From contig OZ024742.1 in NCBI GenBank assembly GCA_964016885.1, positions 179,242,001-179,306,000 of the forward strand: a stretch of DNA of 64,000 nucleotides, given 5' to 3'. This DNA comes from Eledone cirrhosa (Eukaryota). Under the pieces are notes generated by a model that was not told the origin of the DNA, did no database searches, and saw only the letters and a program-made list of their open reading frames with translations. The position numbers and the translations under genes were made by a program. Positions 15,609 to 29,902 of this stretch are shown here, piece by piece (the first letter of the stretch is position 1; each line of letters opens with the position of its first letter).

Positions 15609-15887
15609 CGAGAGCGAGAGCGAGAGAGATGGTGAGAGATAGATAGACAGATAGATAGATGGTTACAAGGACAGACTAAGGTCATAATCTAGAGCATGTA
15701 TGTCTGAAAATATGAAACAAAATATACAACAAAATAAATTAATTAATTTAAATGAATGTAAAATGAAATACGGAAATAGGTAAAGGATTCTAACATCCAT
15801 GCATATAACCCTCTAATTAAATAAAATAAAATATAGTTTACTTCAAACTCTGTCATATCCACGGGTACTATTCTAGTACACACACCT

Positions 15888-15889
15888 AT

Positions 15890-15961
<72 letters not shown>

Positions 15962-15970
15962 GCATGTATG

Positions 15971-16055
<85 letters not shown>

Positions 16056-16067
16056 ATGTATATATAC

Positions 16068-16127
<60 letters not shown>

Positions 16128-16314
16128 TATATATATATAACTGTGAGGGCGTGAGAGAAATGAATGTGAACTGATGTTCATACATATATACATACATACA
16201 CACATATATATATATATATATATATACATACATAGTATACATACAGACACATATACGCATACACACACATATATGTAATATATACATAGACATGCACACA
16301 TAAATACACACAAA

Positions 16315-16347
<33 letters not shown>

Positions 16348-16358
16348 GCACGCGCACA

Positions 16359-16450
<92 letters not shown>

Positions 16451-16475
16451 TATGAATATATATGTATATACATCA
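15888..16475. repeat. Compound (TA)n/(TG)n/(CA)n microsatellite field
   Basis: Direct observation. Confidence 0.95.
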
Positions 16476-16609
16476 TAGCAAAGAAGCCAGCGATGCACGG
16501 AAACTTGTGAAATATAAAGTAAATAAATACATTTCATACGTCATGCAGGATACCTCTCATGAGTGCTCATATTACTGAAGCCTTCATTGTACATATTATA
16601 TAATATTAA

Positions 16610-17208
16610 GGCAGTGGATTGGCAGTATCGGTAGAAGGTCTGACGCCATGCTTTCTAGCATAGAGTTACGGCCCTTGCCTGCATTGGCAGTATCGGTAGA
16701 ACGTCTGACGCCATGCTTTGCAGCAAAGCGTTACGACCTTTTATGGTTTATCCCCTTTATGGTCTGTATTTCGTCTCAAGTATCCATCTACAATTTATTC
16801 AGTGAATTAGTCCATTTAAAAAAATTTCTTCGAGCATTGTGTAGAGTCTCTCCTCTAGATCAACGACTATCCCAACCCTCCCTTTATGATCTGAGTTCAA
16901 ATACCGCCGAGGTTAACTTTGCCTTTCATCCTTACGGTGTCGATAAAATAAAGTACCAGTAATGCACTGGGTAATTGCTGGCCTTGTGCCTAAAGTAGAA
17001 ACAATTATATAATATTAAGGCAGTGGATTGGCAATATCGGTACAAGGTCTGACGCCATGCTTTGCAGCAAAGAGTTACGACCTTTTATGGTCTGAGTTCA
17101 AATCCCGCCGAGGTTAACTTTGCTTTCATCCTTACGGGGTCGATAAAATAAAGTACCAGTAATGTACTGGGGTAATTGCTGGCCTTGTACCAAAAGTAGA
17201 AACAATTA
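16610..17208 (+). mobile_element. Tandem SINE family 1 copies; the first is composite, with a duplicated head and a LINE-derived insert
   Basis: Units 16610-17007 and 17019-17208; ATTATATAATATTAA at 16595, 17004 and 17205. Confidence 0.9.
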
Positions 17209-17753
17209 TATAATATTAACTTATAGTAGTCATATGAACAGTTTAAACGTCTATATAGAACTAGTAAGCCATGACATACTAGGCTACGTATCTAGTATTT
17301 CTTACAGTTGAGAAACAAAAAAACTAGATAGACAGAGATAAGCGAATATAAAAATGATAAAATAATAAAACAGGGAATGCCAACGTGGGGACCCAAATAT
17401 GTCGTAGTTATATTATGAAATCTACATTTTGCGTAAAGTGATAAGATACCAGACATGTCAACTCTCCCCATCAGTCGGGGGAGAGCTCCCACCCACTTTG
17501 GGGTAGGTGACAGATGTCTTCATTATGTAAAATCACCCTATTTTGCCTCATTTCTCCACGTTTTTGGACATTTCTTTCATGGTACTCCCCGTTTGGGCTT
17601 TTAGAGGTTGGCAGGCTGAGATCCTCAATAAAATCGAAAAAATATTCAGATTTAGATCGATAATATACAGGGCGTTCCATAATGATGAGACCTATTATAT
17701 TGTTATGTAATAACTTTATTTTGTACTCAATGTCATTATAAGAATCAAAGATA

Positions 17754-18137
17754 GGGCGGCGGATTGACAGTATCGGTAGAGGGTCGGACGCCATACTTTG
17801 CAGCATAGAGTTACGGCCCTTTATGATCTAAGTTCAAATCCCGCCGAGGTTAACTTTGCCTTGCGTCCTCACGGGGTCGGTAAAATAAAGTACCAGTCAC
17901 GCACTGGGGTCGATTTAATCGACTTTCCCCTCTCCCAAAATGGCTGGCCTTTGGTGAATTGGCAGTATCAGTGGAGAGTCGGACGCCATGCTTTCCAGCA
18001 TAGTTACGTCCCTTTACGGTCTGAGTTCAAATCCCGCCGAGGTTAACTTTGCCTTTCATCCTTACGGGGTCGATACAATAAAGTACCAGTAATGTACTGG
18101 GTAATTGCTGGCCTTGTGCCAAAAGTAGAAACAATTA
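17754..18137 (+). mobile_element. Two tandem SINE family 1 copies
   Basis: A/B boxes, core and tail. Confidence 0.9.
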
Positions 18138-18404
18138 TTAATACGAAGAAGAAGACACTTGAAAAAATATTATAATATGAATGATGGTGGCATCACGCAT
18201 GTGGAACGAGCCCTATGATGTGGTATGGCTGATGCAGTGGCTATCGTGTACCTGCTGAATCCTACATCGGTTTCGACGATGAATAATACCGTAGTTCAAT
18301 TCATTGACTTAGCAACTCATTGAATAACAGAATGAGTGGCTGCGTATTCTGCATTCATTTCTACCTTGTCATTTATACTCAATCTTTCCCTCACTTTATT
18401 ATTT

Positions 18405-18590
18405 GCTAAGCGTCGGTCAAGATGCTTCGAGGCATAGAGTTACATCCCTTTACGTTCTGAGTTCAAATCACACCGAGGTTAGCTTTGCCATTCATCCTTA
18501 CAGGAACGATAAAATAAAGCACCACCAATGCACTGGGGTCGATTTAATCGACATTCCTCCCCCCTCTAAATTACTGGCCTTGTACCTATA
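18405..18590 (+). mobile_element. Diverged SINE family 1
   Basis: GAGTTCAAATC plus TTCATCCTTAC core. Confidence 0.75.
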
Positions 18591-19729
18591 GTATTTTCTA
18601 TTAATCTCTCTCTCTATATATATATATATATAACATCATAAGTCTATAGAATATAGTCGTGTTGTCAACAGCTTGAAAATGTTCAAAGAAAAACCAGTAA
18701 TGAAAATGGGGTCGAGGGTACGCATGGAAGTGGGTCTCCTACTTACAAAATTCTCCTGGGAAGGATGGTAATGTTTATAACGCCCAATCTCCATCCGCCC
18801 ACCTCATCCTCAGCCCCACAGATCTTAGCTTACTCCTAGTTCTTAATCCTCATTTCACTCACTGAGAGGAAACTAACCGTGAGAAGGCAAAGAGTGCAGC
18901 CCCCTCTTCCAAACCGTTGACTGGGGAATGGGGTGTCTATGGTGTTAAGTACAGTTTTTCCCTCTAAAATGTCTACTCAGAGGGCATAAGAAGGCAAAGG
19001 GTGTACGCCTTCTTCCAAACAGTCGGTCCAAGGGTCCAGAGATGGTGATAAGTGCAGCTCTTTCACTAAACCGTCTACATAGAGGTTCAGAGAGGGTAAT
19101 AAGTACAGACCCTTCCTGCAAACCATAACAAATTAAAACAATAGAAAAAGAACCGTCTGCTGTATCTAGCATCCAAGCCACGTCACTAACCACTACGTCC
19201 ACCCAGTCCTTCCTGCTCCGATAACATCCCCGTAGAATTCCACATACAGCCCACACTCTGCGTGTCTTTCTTGTAGTCATCAACTTGAAAATGTTCAAAG
19301 AGGAACCAATGATGAAAATGGGGATGTGGATTTGGCAGGGTTATTACAGCGTCGGATTAACTGTTGCCGCATTGGGTCTGGATCACCTGACTTTGAGTTC
19401 AAATGCCACTGAGGTCAACTTTGCCTTTAATCCTTTCGAGATCAATAAAGTTCTCGTTACAAGGGTTGTAGTTTGTCGGAATTCTTTAAGACTTAATTCT
19501 TTAAAACTAATTATTTAATGTCTCTAACTCCGCTCTGGGTGTTCTCAGTTAAAATCCCGTCTCTTTCTGGCAGATGCACTGGGTAATTGCTGGCCTTGTG
19601 CCAAAAGTAGAAACAATTATCACTAATGGAAAGACAAAGTCAAATTGCAACCACTTGGTTCCGGTTTCGTTCCTTTGCGAGGCGTCTAATAAAAACAAAT
19701 AAAAATAAACCACTGCACATATTCAGATA

Positions 19730-20060
19730 GAAATGAACCTCCGTCAATTTCGACGATGCGCGTTCCATTTGTTTGATCAACGAAGCAGCATGCTCGTGGA
19801 ATTAACGTGCACGTTGTTGCGTATTATTCTACAGACACGTGTACTCTTAACGTAGTTCTCAACGTATAACAAATTTGACCCGATGAATTACAGGTACTGC
19901 TCATCCGACGGAGTTCAAACTGATTTAATCTACCTTAATTCACTCACAAATGTTTGCGTCGATCCCAAGTTATGGTAAACAACACTTGCTTAAGATATCA
20001 CGCAGTGGGATCGAGCCTGGAACCTAATGATTGCATATCGAATTTCTTAACCACTGCATC
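19730..20060 (-). mobile_element. tRNA-derived SINE family 2
   Basis: tRNA-like head at about 20000-20060 on the minus strand; body homologous to 31215-31490. Confidence 0.7.
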
Positions 20061-20222
20061 CACAATCCACTACGTATATACACAAACACACCCAACCAAC
20101 ATGAAATAAGCCTCTATGCTAGTAGTTCCCAAACTTTTCACTGCCATGGACCCTGTCTGTTCATTTCAATGGATTTTCTCAGGGCGTCAGCTCTACATTG
20201 ATGTACCCACCCACAATACTGA

Positions 20223-20378
20223 CGGCAAATTAGCAGAGTCGTTAGAAAGTCGCATAAAATGATTTGTGATATTTGTTTCGGCTCTCTGTGCTCTGAGTTC
20301 AAATACCACCGAGGTCAACTTGGCCTTTCATCCTTTCGTGGTCTATAATAAAAATACCAGTTCTGTACTGCGGTCGAT
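20223..20378 (+). mobile_element. Diverged SINE family 1 relative
   Basis: GAGTTCAAAT...GAGGTCAACTTGGCCTTTCATCCTTTCG core. Confidence 0.7.
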
Positions 20379-20779
20379 CCCTTCTTTATATCTCTTTTTC
20401 ACATCATTCCTTTCGTTCCTTATCCTTCTCTGAGAGAAATCAGCTGTGTTCAAGTCTGGAGAGAGAATGGGTTCCGCCAGGTTTATATAAAATGGCTAAG
20501 TAACGCTGTTTGACGTTGCAGCACACCTACAAATCCATCAGGAGTTACGAGTACATACATACATACATGTCCCTTAATATTACCTCTGCGAACTCTCAAT
20601 ATTGCTTCTCTCTACGCCCAGTATTATCTTTATGGGCTCTACGTCAGCAGCCCCCTCAGTACTACCACTGGATCTCCATGACTACATTTAAAGTACTGGG
20701 GTATTGTCTGTAAAAGTAGTCCTACATCTGCGGTCTCTCATTACAACTACTTTAAGTCTCTACTACTACCCCTGTGTAC

Positions 20780-21225
20780 CCTCAGTGGGTCCCAAGCTGA
20801 TTAAAATAGCAGCCAAATAACCCTCAAGTTACAAGCTATCATGTTAAAATAGAAAATATTACACGGTAGTCGTATATACCCCTAAAAAGGTGGGAATGAT
20901 TACGGCTCGAACTCTTTTCATCATAGGTCTATCCAATCAGTGATGACCTGGAGCTAAACTACAACGACAATAACAACAACGTCAACAACACACGGACCAA
21001 CGAGAGAACTTTTACACGTTCGCTCGATGTGTTAAAAACAGCAGCCAAATAATTCTCGAATTATCACTATCAATAAAAAACGAAACAAAAACAAAATAGA
21101 AACATACATAAGATAATGTAATCCTAGATACACTGTGGCTGCAAAAAAAGACGTGGTGGTCATAAATTGCACGCCTTTGAACACAGATCCACCATGTCGG
21201 GGTGACCTTTAGTTAAACAGCAACA
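20780..21225 (+). repeat. Two copies of an old interspersed repeat (relatives at about 915-1075, 4740-4915 and 21880-21990)
   Basis: Shared (T/C)AGCAGCCAAAT...TGACCT...TAAAC-(AAC)n pattern. Confidence 0.55.
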
Positions 21226-21294
21226 ATATACACAAACACATACAAGACGTTACAATGGGTTAACTCCGCGTGGTTGAAGGAGATTTGTTGGGAA

Positions 21295-21710
21295 CTGGCA
21301 GTATCAGTAGAGCACCGGGAAAAATGCTTTCCGGCATATAGTTATGGTTCTTTACGTTTTGAGTTCAAATCCCGCCGAGGATAGCTTTGTCTTTGATCCT
21401 TCTTCATGTGACGCTAAATTCCACCAGGTGCAGACTGCGCATCAACATCGGAATATCTCTCTCCACAAAGTTCGATCACCAGCAGCAGAGTTTAAAGAGC
21501 AAGGGAAAGTCGATTAAATCGATTCCAGTGCGTTACTGGAACTTTATTTTATCGATCCCGTAAGGATCAAAGATGTAAGAAGAAGAAAGTACTAACTTTG
21601 ATCCTTACGGCGTCGATAAAATAAAGTTCCAGTGAGGCACTGGAATCGATTTAATCGACTTTCCCTTTCCCTTCAAATTGTTGGCTCTGTGTCAAATGTA
21701 GAAACAATTT
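21295..21710. mobile_element. Rearranged SINE family 1 with internal inverted duplication
   Basis: Head 21295-21400; arms 21501-21572 and 21596-21667 are reverse complements. Confidence 0.8.
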
Positions 21711-22265
21711 AGGCTCAGACCAGCAATTTGATGGGATAGGAGACATTTAAATTGACCCTAGTGCCTGACTAGTATTATATTTTATGAACCCCACCCCAGG
21801 AGGCGGAAAGGCAAAGTTGATCGCGGTGGGATTTGAACTCGCAACATTATAAAAGAATTTGACAAGGACATTCATTGTTTAAAACCAAAATCAAAAAGAC
21901 AAAAGATATAAGATGCGGTCATAGCTGGAAATTTTATAATATATCAAAGGTCTCTTTATGTCTGTGAATCAGGACAAACCTAGGTCTAAACAATAGCAAC
22001 AACCACAACAACAATAGGCAGGATAAAAAGAGAAAGAAACCATGCTTTACTTACCATGAAGATGAAGAAGGTGCTGGTGATGTATTTCGGTAACAGCAAC
22101 ATATTTCTGTGTCGTTGTAGTTGTGGTAATAGTGGTAGTTATGTAAATATGACAGAGAGGCAGACAGATAAGCAGACAGACAGAGGACAGCTGTTGAGGA
22201 AAGTGACGGTTGGTTGAATGAAAACTTGACAAGTGAACCGGCAGTCAACACCACCGCCGCCGCCG

Positions 22266-22303
<38 letters not shown>

Positions 22304-23107
22304 GCTGCTGTTGTTACTACTGCTGTTAGTTGTAATAACAATAATTGTGATGTTCTGTTACATAGGCTTAAGGACACTGACCCTTTTTGAGTTGTTGATA
22401 TGTAAGGGTGGGGATGGCAATGATTATATTGGGGTCTCCCACTTCCAAGTACTTGATTGGTACTTTTTATTTAATATTACTTTAAGAATAAAACCCCTAA
22501 TTTGAGTGGGTGGAGAGGTAAAAAGTCAATGGCAGTTTATAATAATAATTGTTTCTACATTTGACACAAGGCCAGCAATTTGTAGGGATGGCCAAAGTCT
22601 ATTAAATCGACCCTAGGACGTTATTGGTACAGGCAAAATTCCGTTATAACGAATTTATCAGTATAACGAAGGAGGAGAAGAAAAGAGGAAGAGGTATGTA
22701 ATACTAATTATTAGTGAGAGTAATTAATGTGTAATTTCTATAAGCCAAACTTCAGTCAATAATCAACCAATAATCAACCAATAATATAATCAATATATAA
22801 AAATAATGGGTTTTAAAATTAGTAATAAAGAAAAAGGGCCTTACAGTTTGAGGAGGAAAATGGAAAGGTACATTTAATTATACCAAAACTAGCATACAAC
22901 TGCCCCCTTTAGGTTATCGGGGGGCCCGGCGAAAAATACAAAGTAAAGTAAAGTCAGTCTTGTCAGGATTTGAACTCGGACAGAAACAAGCAAAAAAACA
23001 ATGCATGCAAACTTAAATACTTTAACACATTTCGTTCTGTGTTCTTCGGATGTGAATGGGGAGGGTGAAGGAGATTATGCCTAGTAGTAGTAGCAGGAGT
23101 AGTAGTG

Positions 23108-23139
<32 letters not shown>

Positions 23140-23349
23140 GGTGGTGGTGGCACAAAGCAGATTTGTGTATATGTGTGGGATGCAGAATAATTACACCGAG
23201 TAAAACGTTTAAGGCTGTTATACAATATATATATAGAACCGTCTATATATATTATGTGTGTGCTTATGTAAGTTTGTATGTATGTATGTATGTATGTATT
23301 ATGTTTGTATGTTTGTATATATGTATGTATGTTGACCAATGCCTTATGA

Positions 23350-23590
23350 TTGAAATTTGATAGACGGTACTGCGGAAAGCTGTCGTATATTTAAAAAAAA
23401 TGTGTGTGTGTGTCCAGGTCTGTGTTGGTTTATGTCCGTAAGGTAGCAGTTCGACAAACTGAGATCGATACAGCAGGTACTAACTTGTAAGAAAAAAAAA
23501 ATCTACAGGAATCAATATAATCGACTAAATCCCTTTAAATTAGTACCCCAGCAAGGCCACAGTCAAAGGACTGGAACCAGAAAAAGAGTT
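23350..23590 (+). mobile_element. Old octopus-type SINE body with internal (TG)n
   Basis: TAGACGG...GTCGTATAT-(TG)n...CCAGCA.GGCC.CAGTCAAA.GACTG.AAC..G.AAAAGAG pattern recalled from octopus repeats; not database-checked. Confidence 0.55.
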
Positions 23591-23939
23591 CAAAGTTTCT
23601 CTGTATATTTTTTTTAATGTTTATGTTTATGAAGTTTTGATTTTTTTAAAGAAAAAAAATTCTTTAAGATAATCAAATCCATCCGTTAAAATCTTGAAAG
23701 CTTCAAGGTCGATGAAATAATATGTATCGGAATTAAGTGATCTTGGTTGATGGGTGCTTATTAATATGATAGTAAGCAGCGTCAGCCCTTGGATGTCTTT
23801 TTATAAAGGACGTCTGTCTCCTGTTTGTTTGTGTTATAAGTTGATCGTCAAAGGTAAACTCTACAACTGCTTGAATGCATGTGAAGTAAGTTTTATATAT
23901 TCTCATACAAAAACCTGTGAATATAGGCATGTCTGTATA

Positions 23940-24801
<862 letters not shown>

Positions 24802-25245
24802 TCACAACAATATCACATAATGAAATACACCCACTACTGTGTTATCTACTACACTTTTTACTTGTAACAATTTTGTGAATCACACATAAGATCAACCAAT
24901 CAGCGAAGACTAACCAATGCATTGGCGGATGTGGATGGGTGGGTGGGGGCGTCCTATTTCTCACCCTCTTTCTCCCTCCCCCTCTCTCCTACTCTCTTTC
25001 CTTCTCTTTCTCTCTCTCACTCACATCTCTCTCTTCGTCCTTTGTTTCTTGTAATCTCTCCCTCTTGTTAGACACTTACACACATATATACATATACGCA
25101 AACTCATATGCATACATATACGTGTATATACAAACACTCGCTCACACACACACACACACACACACGCGTGCACAGACATATATATATACGTGTATTTGTG
25201 TTTGTGTGTGCATATATATACTAGCTAGATAAGTATAATTCAATG

Positions 25246-25324
<79 letters not shown>

Positions 25325-25519
25325 ATGCGTGGTGTGTGTGTGCGGGCGTGTGCGTGCGTGTGTGTGTGCGTGTGTGTATGTGAGTGTTGGTATATGTATA
25401 TACGTGTGTGAATATGTATGTATAAATATATATATGTTCGTGTATGAGTGCATGTATATATACTTTTTCTACAAACATCGGAATGAAATTTGCCGAGTCC
25501 AAATATATGTTTGACAATA

Positions 25520-27105
25520 AAATGTGGAAAAGATATGCTATTCTCTGAAAACCTAAAAACAAACTGCTTGACCATACATCCTTTATAGCAAGGTGATAAC
25601 TATACAACCTTTATAGCCAGGTGACAACTATAGGTATCTTCGACAGGATTAGAATGCCAGGTATGATGGAGCCATAAACAAAGGAAACAACAGGAATGAA
25701 TACCCTTGGAAATTAAAGAGAATATGGTCATCGCAACTCTCAGCTCACAATGCCCATGATACTTTTCCTGTGCCCTTCCTAAAGCTAAGATTTGGTTTGC
25801 TGAACTAGTCATTGCAAGAACTGAACAAAATGAATGTAAAGACCCACAAACTGCTCAGAGTTACAGGAAACTTTAGCATCAATGGTGATGTGGATAGGTT
25901 ATATTTTTCATGCAAGGTAAGTAGCCGGGGCGTGAAATCCATATTAACATTATATGACACCCAGATAATAACACGGAAGCAACATCTTCAACAGAAGAAA
26001 AAGGTCAGCAGCCATCTCACCCAGGTTTAAGAACATGTAAATACTAATAATTGTTTCTACTTTTAGCACAAGACCATCAATTATTCCAGTGCATTACTGG
26101 TACTTTATTTTATCGACCCTGTAAGGATGAAAGGCAAAGTTATCCTCGGCGAGATTTGAACTCAGATCATAAAGGGAGGGTTAGGATAGTCGTTAATCTA
26201 GAGGAGAGACTCTACACAATGCTCGAACAAATTTGTTTAAATGGACTAATTCACTGAATAAGTTGTAGATGGATACTTGAGACGAAATACAGACCATAAA
26301 GGGGATAAACCAGAGAAAACCTTGAATAGAGTTAATAAATTCCACCTTGAAGGATACCTCCATCAATCTAGGAACAAGAAATCCCCACCAAGTACCTACT
26401 GCACAAAAGAGGCAGGTCATCAGTTGATAATAAATGTAGGCTGTGCAAAACAAAGACCGAAGATGTTAACCATATTATTGCCAACTGTGAAAGAATGTCT
26501 TTTCGTTACTACCGTCCCATGAGGCATGATGTGAGAGCTAGAAACATCTGGAATGCATTACGGAATACGAAAATCAAATCAAATAAGGATGAATATGTTA
26601 AGACTGATAGCTCAAAGAAATGCTGCTGGAACCTAAAAATAAAATCTGCCACGAAATGAAAGCACCTCAATATTGTTGTTTTGGGGCACAAATTAAAACA
26701 TGCTCCATTGTAGAAGTCAGCTTCCCACTTGATGCCAATGTGGTAAGACACATGCAAATGAAGGAGGATACCTATGGACCGTTGATTAGGAGTTTGCAGA
26801 TCCAGTATCCAACATACACATTCAGCTTCATACCCATTATTATTGAAGCTACAGATTATATAGCAACCTACCTGGACCATAGTATAACTGAACTTGGATA
26901 TGTGGAGAAAGAACGTCGCTCCTTAATTCATAAGCTACAAATGACCGCGATATCTGGTAACTTCAAAATCTGTCAAACATTCTTACGATTCAAAGGTTGA
27001 ATGCCTACACAAGAGACAACGACACTTTCCTTTTCTTTACAGCTTGCCACCGGGAAGGTGTCCGGTCAAAAAAGCATAAACTCAAAATTAAGAGAAAGAG
27101 AGAAT
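25520..27105 (+). mobile_element. 5'-truncated R4/Dong-like non-LTR retrotransposon (restriction-like endonuclease), degenerate
   Basis: ELNKMNVKTHKLL...DVDRLY...RGVKSI, HLEGYL, RHD, IVEVSFPLD...KEDTY..L (RLE); 3' end AATTAAGAGAAAAGAGA followed by (TACA)n. Confidence 0.8.
26048..26176 (-). mobile_element. SINE family 1 3' part inserted in the R4-like element
   Basis: Core and tail on the minus strand. Confidence 0.85.
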
Positions 27106-27204
27106 ATACATTCGTATGTACATACATACATACATACATACATGCATGCATACATTCATAAATACATACATACATGCATACATACATACATATATACATA
27201 CATA

Positions 27205-27530
27205 CGAGAAGGAGGACATCTACGGACCATTGATGAGAAGTTTACAAATCCAGTATCCAAGATACACCTTTAGCTTCAAACCCATCATTATTGGAGCTAC
27301 GGGTTATATACCAACCCGCTAAGACCAAAGTATGACTGAACTTGGATTTGCGGACAAAAAGCGCAGCTCCCTAATTCATAGTCTACAAATGGCTGCGATA
27401 GCTGGTACCTTCAAAATTTGCAAAACATTCTTGCGATTCAAGGGATGACAATTTCTTTTCTTTTACAACCTTGCCACCAGGAAGGTGGCCGGTCAAAAAA
27501 ATATACTCGAAATTAAGAGAAAGAGATAAC
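27205..27530 (+). mobile_element. Second 3' fragment of the R4-like element, in tandem
   Basis: Colinear with 26760-27105; separated and followed by (TACA)n. A further reverse-complement 3' tip lies at about 53195-53248. Confidence 0.85.
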
Positions 27531-27549
27531 ATAAATACATACATAAATA

Positions 27550-27970
27550 CATGGTGGCTGCCAACTCGTTTTCGAGTACGGCCACTACTTTATATCCATG
27601 TAGGAGAACCCCTACCGATGCGCTGAACGAGTGTGACTTTTTAGTCCAGCCAGCGACTTGAAAACTCTGGTACAAACACTACACTTGTGACAATTATTGA
27701 CACATAGTGCTGGGCCCATGGTACCATGTGACGACAAGTGCTGAGAGATCTCCAGATATAAAGCAATTCCTGTGCCGTGAAGCTTTTATAGTGAGCAGAG
27801 GCACTGCACAAAGCCAGTCCCACTCTCCTAACCAAGATGATATTTACCAAAAGGAAGAACAAGTCACATCATTGGATACCATCAGGGTTGCAGGTGTTAT
27901 ATCAGAGTTTTCCTTCTCCTAGAATTCTGCCTTGACAAAGGCTAAGGGGTCATCTCTGCGGGTGATTTTG
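27550..27970 (-). repeat. Non-coding ~560-bp interspersed repeat, partial copy
   Basis: Near-identical to 28198-28620 and to the reverse complement of 53500-53920. Confidence 0.9.
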
Positions 27971-28197
27971 GTATGTATGCATACATACATACATAAATAC
28001 ATACATAAATACATACATACATACATAAATACATACATAGATACATACATACATACATACATACATACATACATAAATACATTAATACATACATACATAC
28101 ATACATACATACATACATACATAAATACATACATAATACATACATGCATACATACATACATACATACATACATACATACATACATACATACATAAAT

Positions 28198-28760
28198 ACA
28201 TGGTTGCTGCCAACTCGTTTTCGAGTACGGCCACTACTTTATATCCGTGTAGGAGAACCCCTAACGATGCGCTGAACGAGTGTGACTTTTTAGTCCAGCC
28301 AGCGACTTGAAAACTCTGGTACAGACACTACACTTGTGACAATTATTGACACATAGTGCTGGGCTCATGGTACCATGTGATGACAAGTGCAGAGAGATCT
28401 CCAGATATAAAGCAATGCCTGTGCCGTGAAGCTTTTATAGTGAGCAAAGGCACTGCACAAAGCCAATCCCACTCTCTTAACCAAAATGATATTTACCAAA
28501 AAGAAGAACAAGTCAACATCATTGGATACCATCAGGGTTGCAGGTATTATATCAGAGTTTTCCTTCTCCTAGAATTCTGCCTTGACAAAGGCTAAGGGGT
28601 CATCTCTCCCGCTGATTTTGGATGGCCATTGACTCTTAAGAGCTCCTTTGCTCTTTGACAGGTTTTGTTTTTAGTCCTGCAGGATGTCCAAAGTCACCCT
28701 CCTCACCAAGAAACCTTGGTGGGGTTGCCAGTTTAGTCGCCAACGACCCGACCATGAGAC
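28198..28760 (-). repeat. Non-coding ~560-bp interspersed repeat, full copy in (TACA)n
   Basis: Matches 53369-53920 in the opposite orientation. Confidence 0.9.
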
Positions 28761-29204
28761 ATACATACATAAATACATACATAAATACATACATACATAA
28801 ATACATACATAAATACATACATACATACATAAATACATACATAAATACATACATAAATACATACATACATACATACATACATACATACATACATACATAC
28901 ATACATACATACATACACGGTCTGAGTTCAAATCCCTACGCGGTCAATACAATAAGGCACCAGTAATGCACAGGGATAATTGCTGGCCTTTTGCCAAAAT
29001 ACATACATACATACACACGTATGTTTGTATATATGATTCATGTTATATATCAAGGCCATACATTTGGTGTATATAGCTAATATAGTACAGCGTTGCTATA
29101 TATTTCACAGTTTCTCCGTCTTGTCTATATAAACATAGTATATTGTTGTTTCAACATATGGTATTCATTTCGGAAAAACAATGATCAAGTTTACTTACTT
29201 ACTT

Positions 29205-29247
29205 ACTACTACTACTACTACTACTGCTACTGCTGCTGCTGCTGCTG

Positions 29248-29284
<37 letters not shown>

Positions 29285-29328
29285 AGCTGCTGCTGCTGCT
29301 ACTGCTGCTGCTACTACTACTACTACTG

Positions 29329-29363
<35 letters not shown>

Positions 29364-29418
29364 GCTGCTACTGCTACTGCTACTACTACTACTACTACTA
29401 CTACTGCTACTGCTGCTG

Positions 29419-29451
<33 letters not shown>

Positions 29452-29481
29452 CTACTACTACTACTGCTGCTGCTACTGCTG

Positions 29482-29526
<45 letters not shown>

Positions 29527-29530
29527 TCAT
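29205..29530. repeat. (TAC/TGC)n trinucleotide repeat
   Basis: Direct observation; similar tracts at 3283-3450 and 4640-5195. Confidence 0.97.
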
Positions 29531-29593
29531 CACAACCACCATCATCATTATTACCATCATCATTACCATTATAAGTAATTATCATTATTATAT

Positions 29594-29851
29594 GCCTGTA
29601 AATTGAAGGTGGAAAACTGGGAGAGGACAATTGCCCTGGTGGTCAGGGTCACCGTGGCTTTTTAATGGGCTTTCTCCACGATGGCCCTCGGAAGTCTCCC
29701 CCCTATTGTGGAATTTTTTCATTGTTCTATTATTACATCCTCTGTTTGTTGTTGTTTTACACGCAGAAATGCCCTTTTGTACCGTCCTGTATTGTCCTGT
29801 ACTGTCCTTAATGTCTACTTTGTGTAAACCCTTGTGGTTAATAAAGGAAGC
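29594..29851 (+). mobile_element. Tx1-family 3' UTR fragment with long target-site duplication
   Basis: Ends CCCTTGTGGTTAATAAAGGAAGC like the other Tx1 copies; ATTATAAGTAATTAT(C/A)ATTATTATA on both sides (29568 and 29852). Confidence 0.75.
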
Positions 29852-29902
29852 ATTATAAGTAATTATAATTATTATAGCTATTACTATTATTACCATTATT
29901 GG

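Noticed and set aside
18660-19330. ~50-bp direct repeats around degenerate internal repeats (mini-LTR element?)
   Set aside because: Too diverged; no TG...CA, PBS, PPT or TSD.
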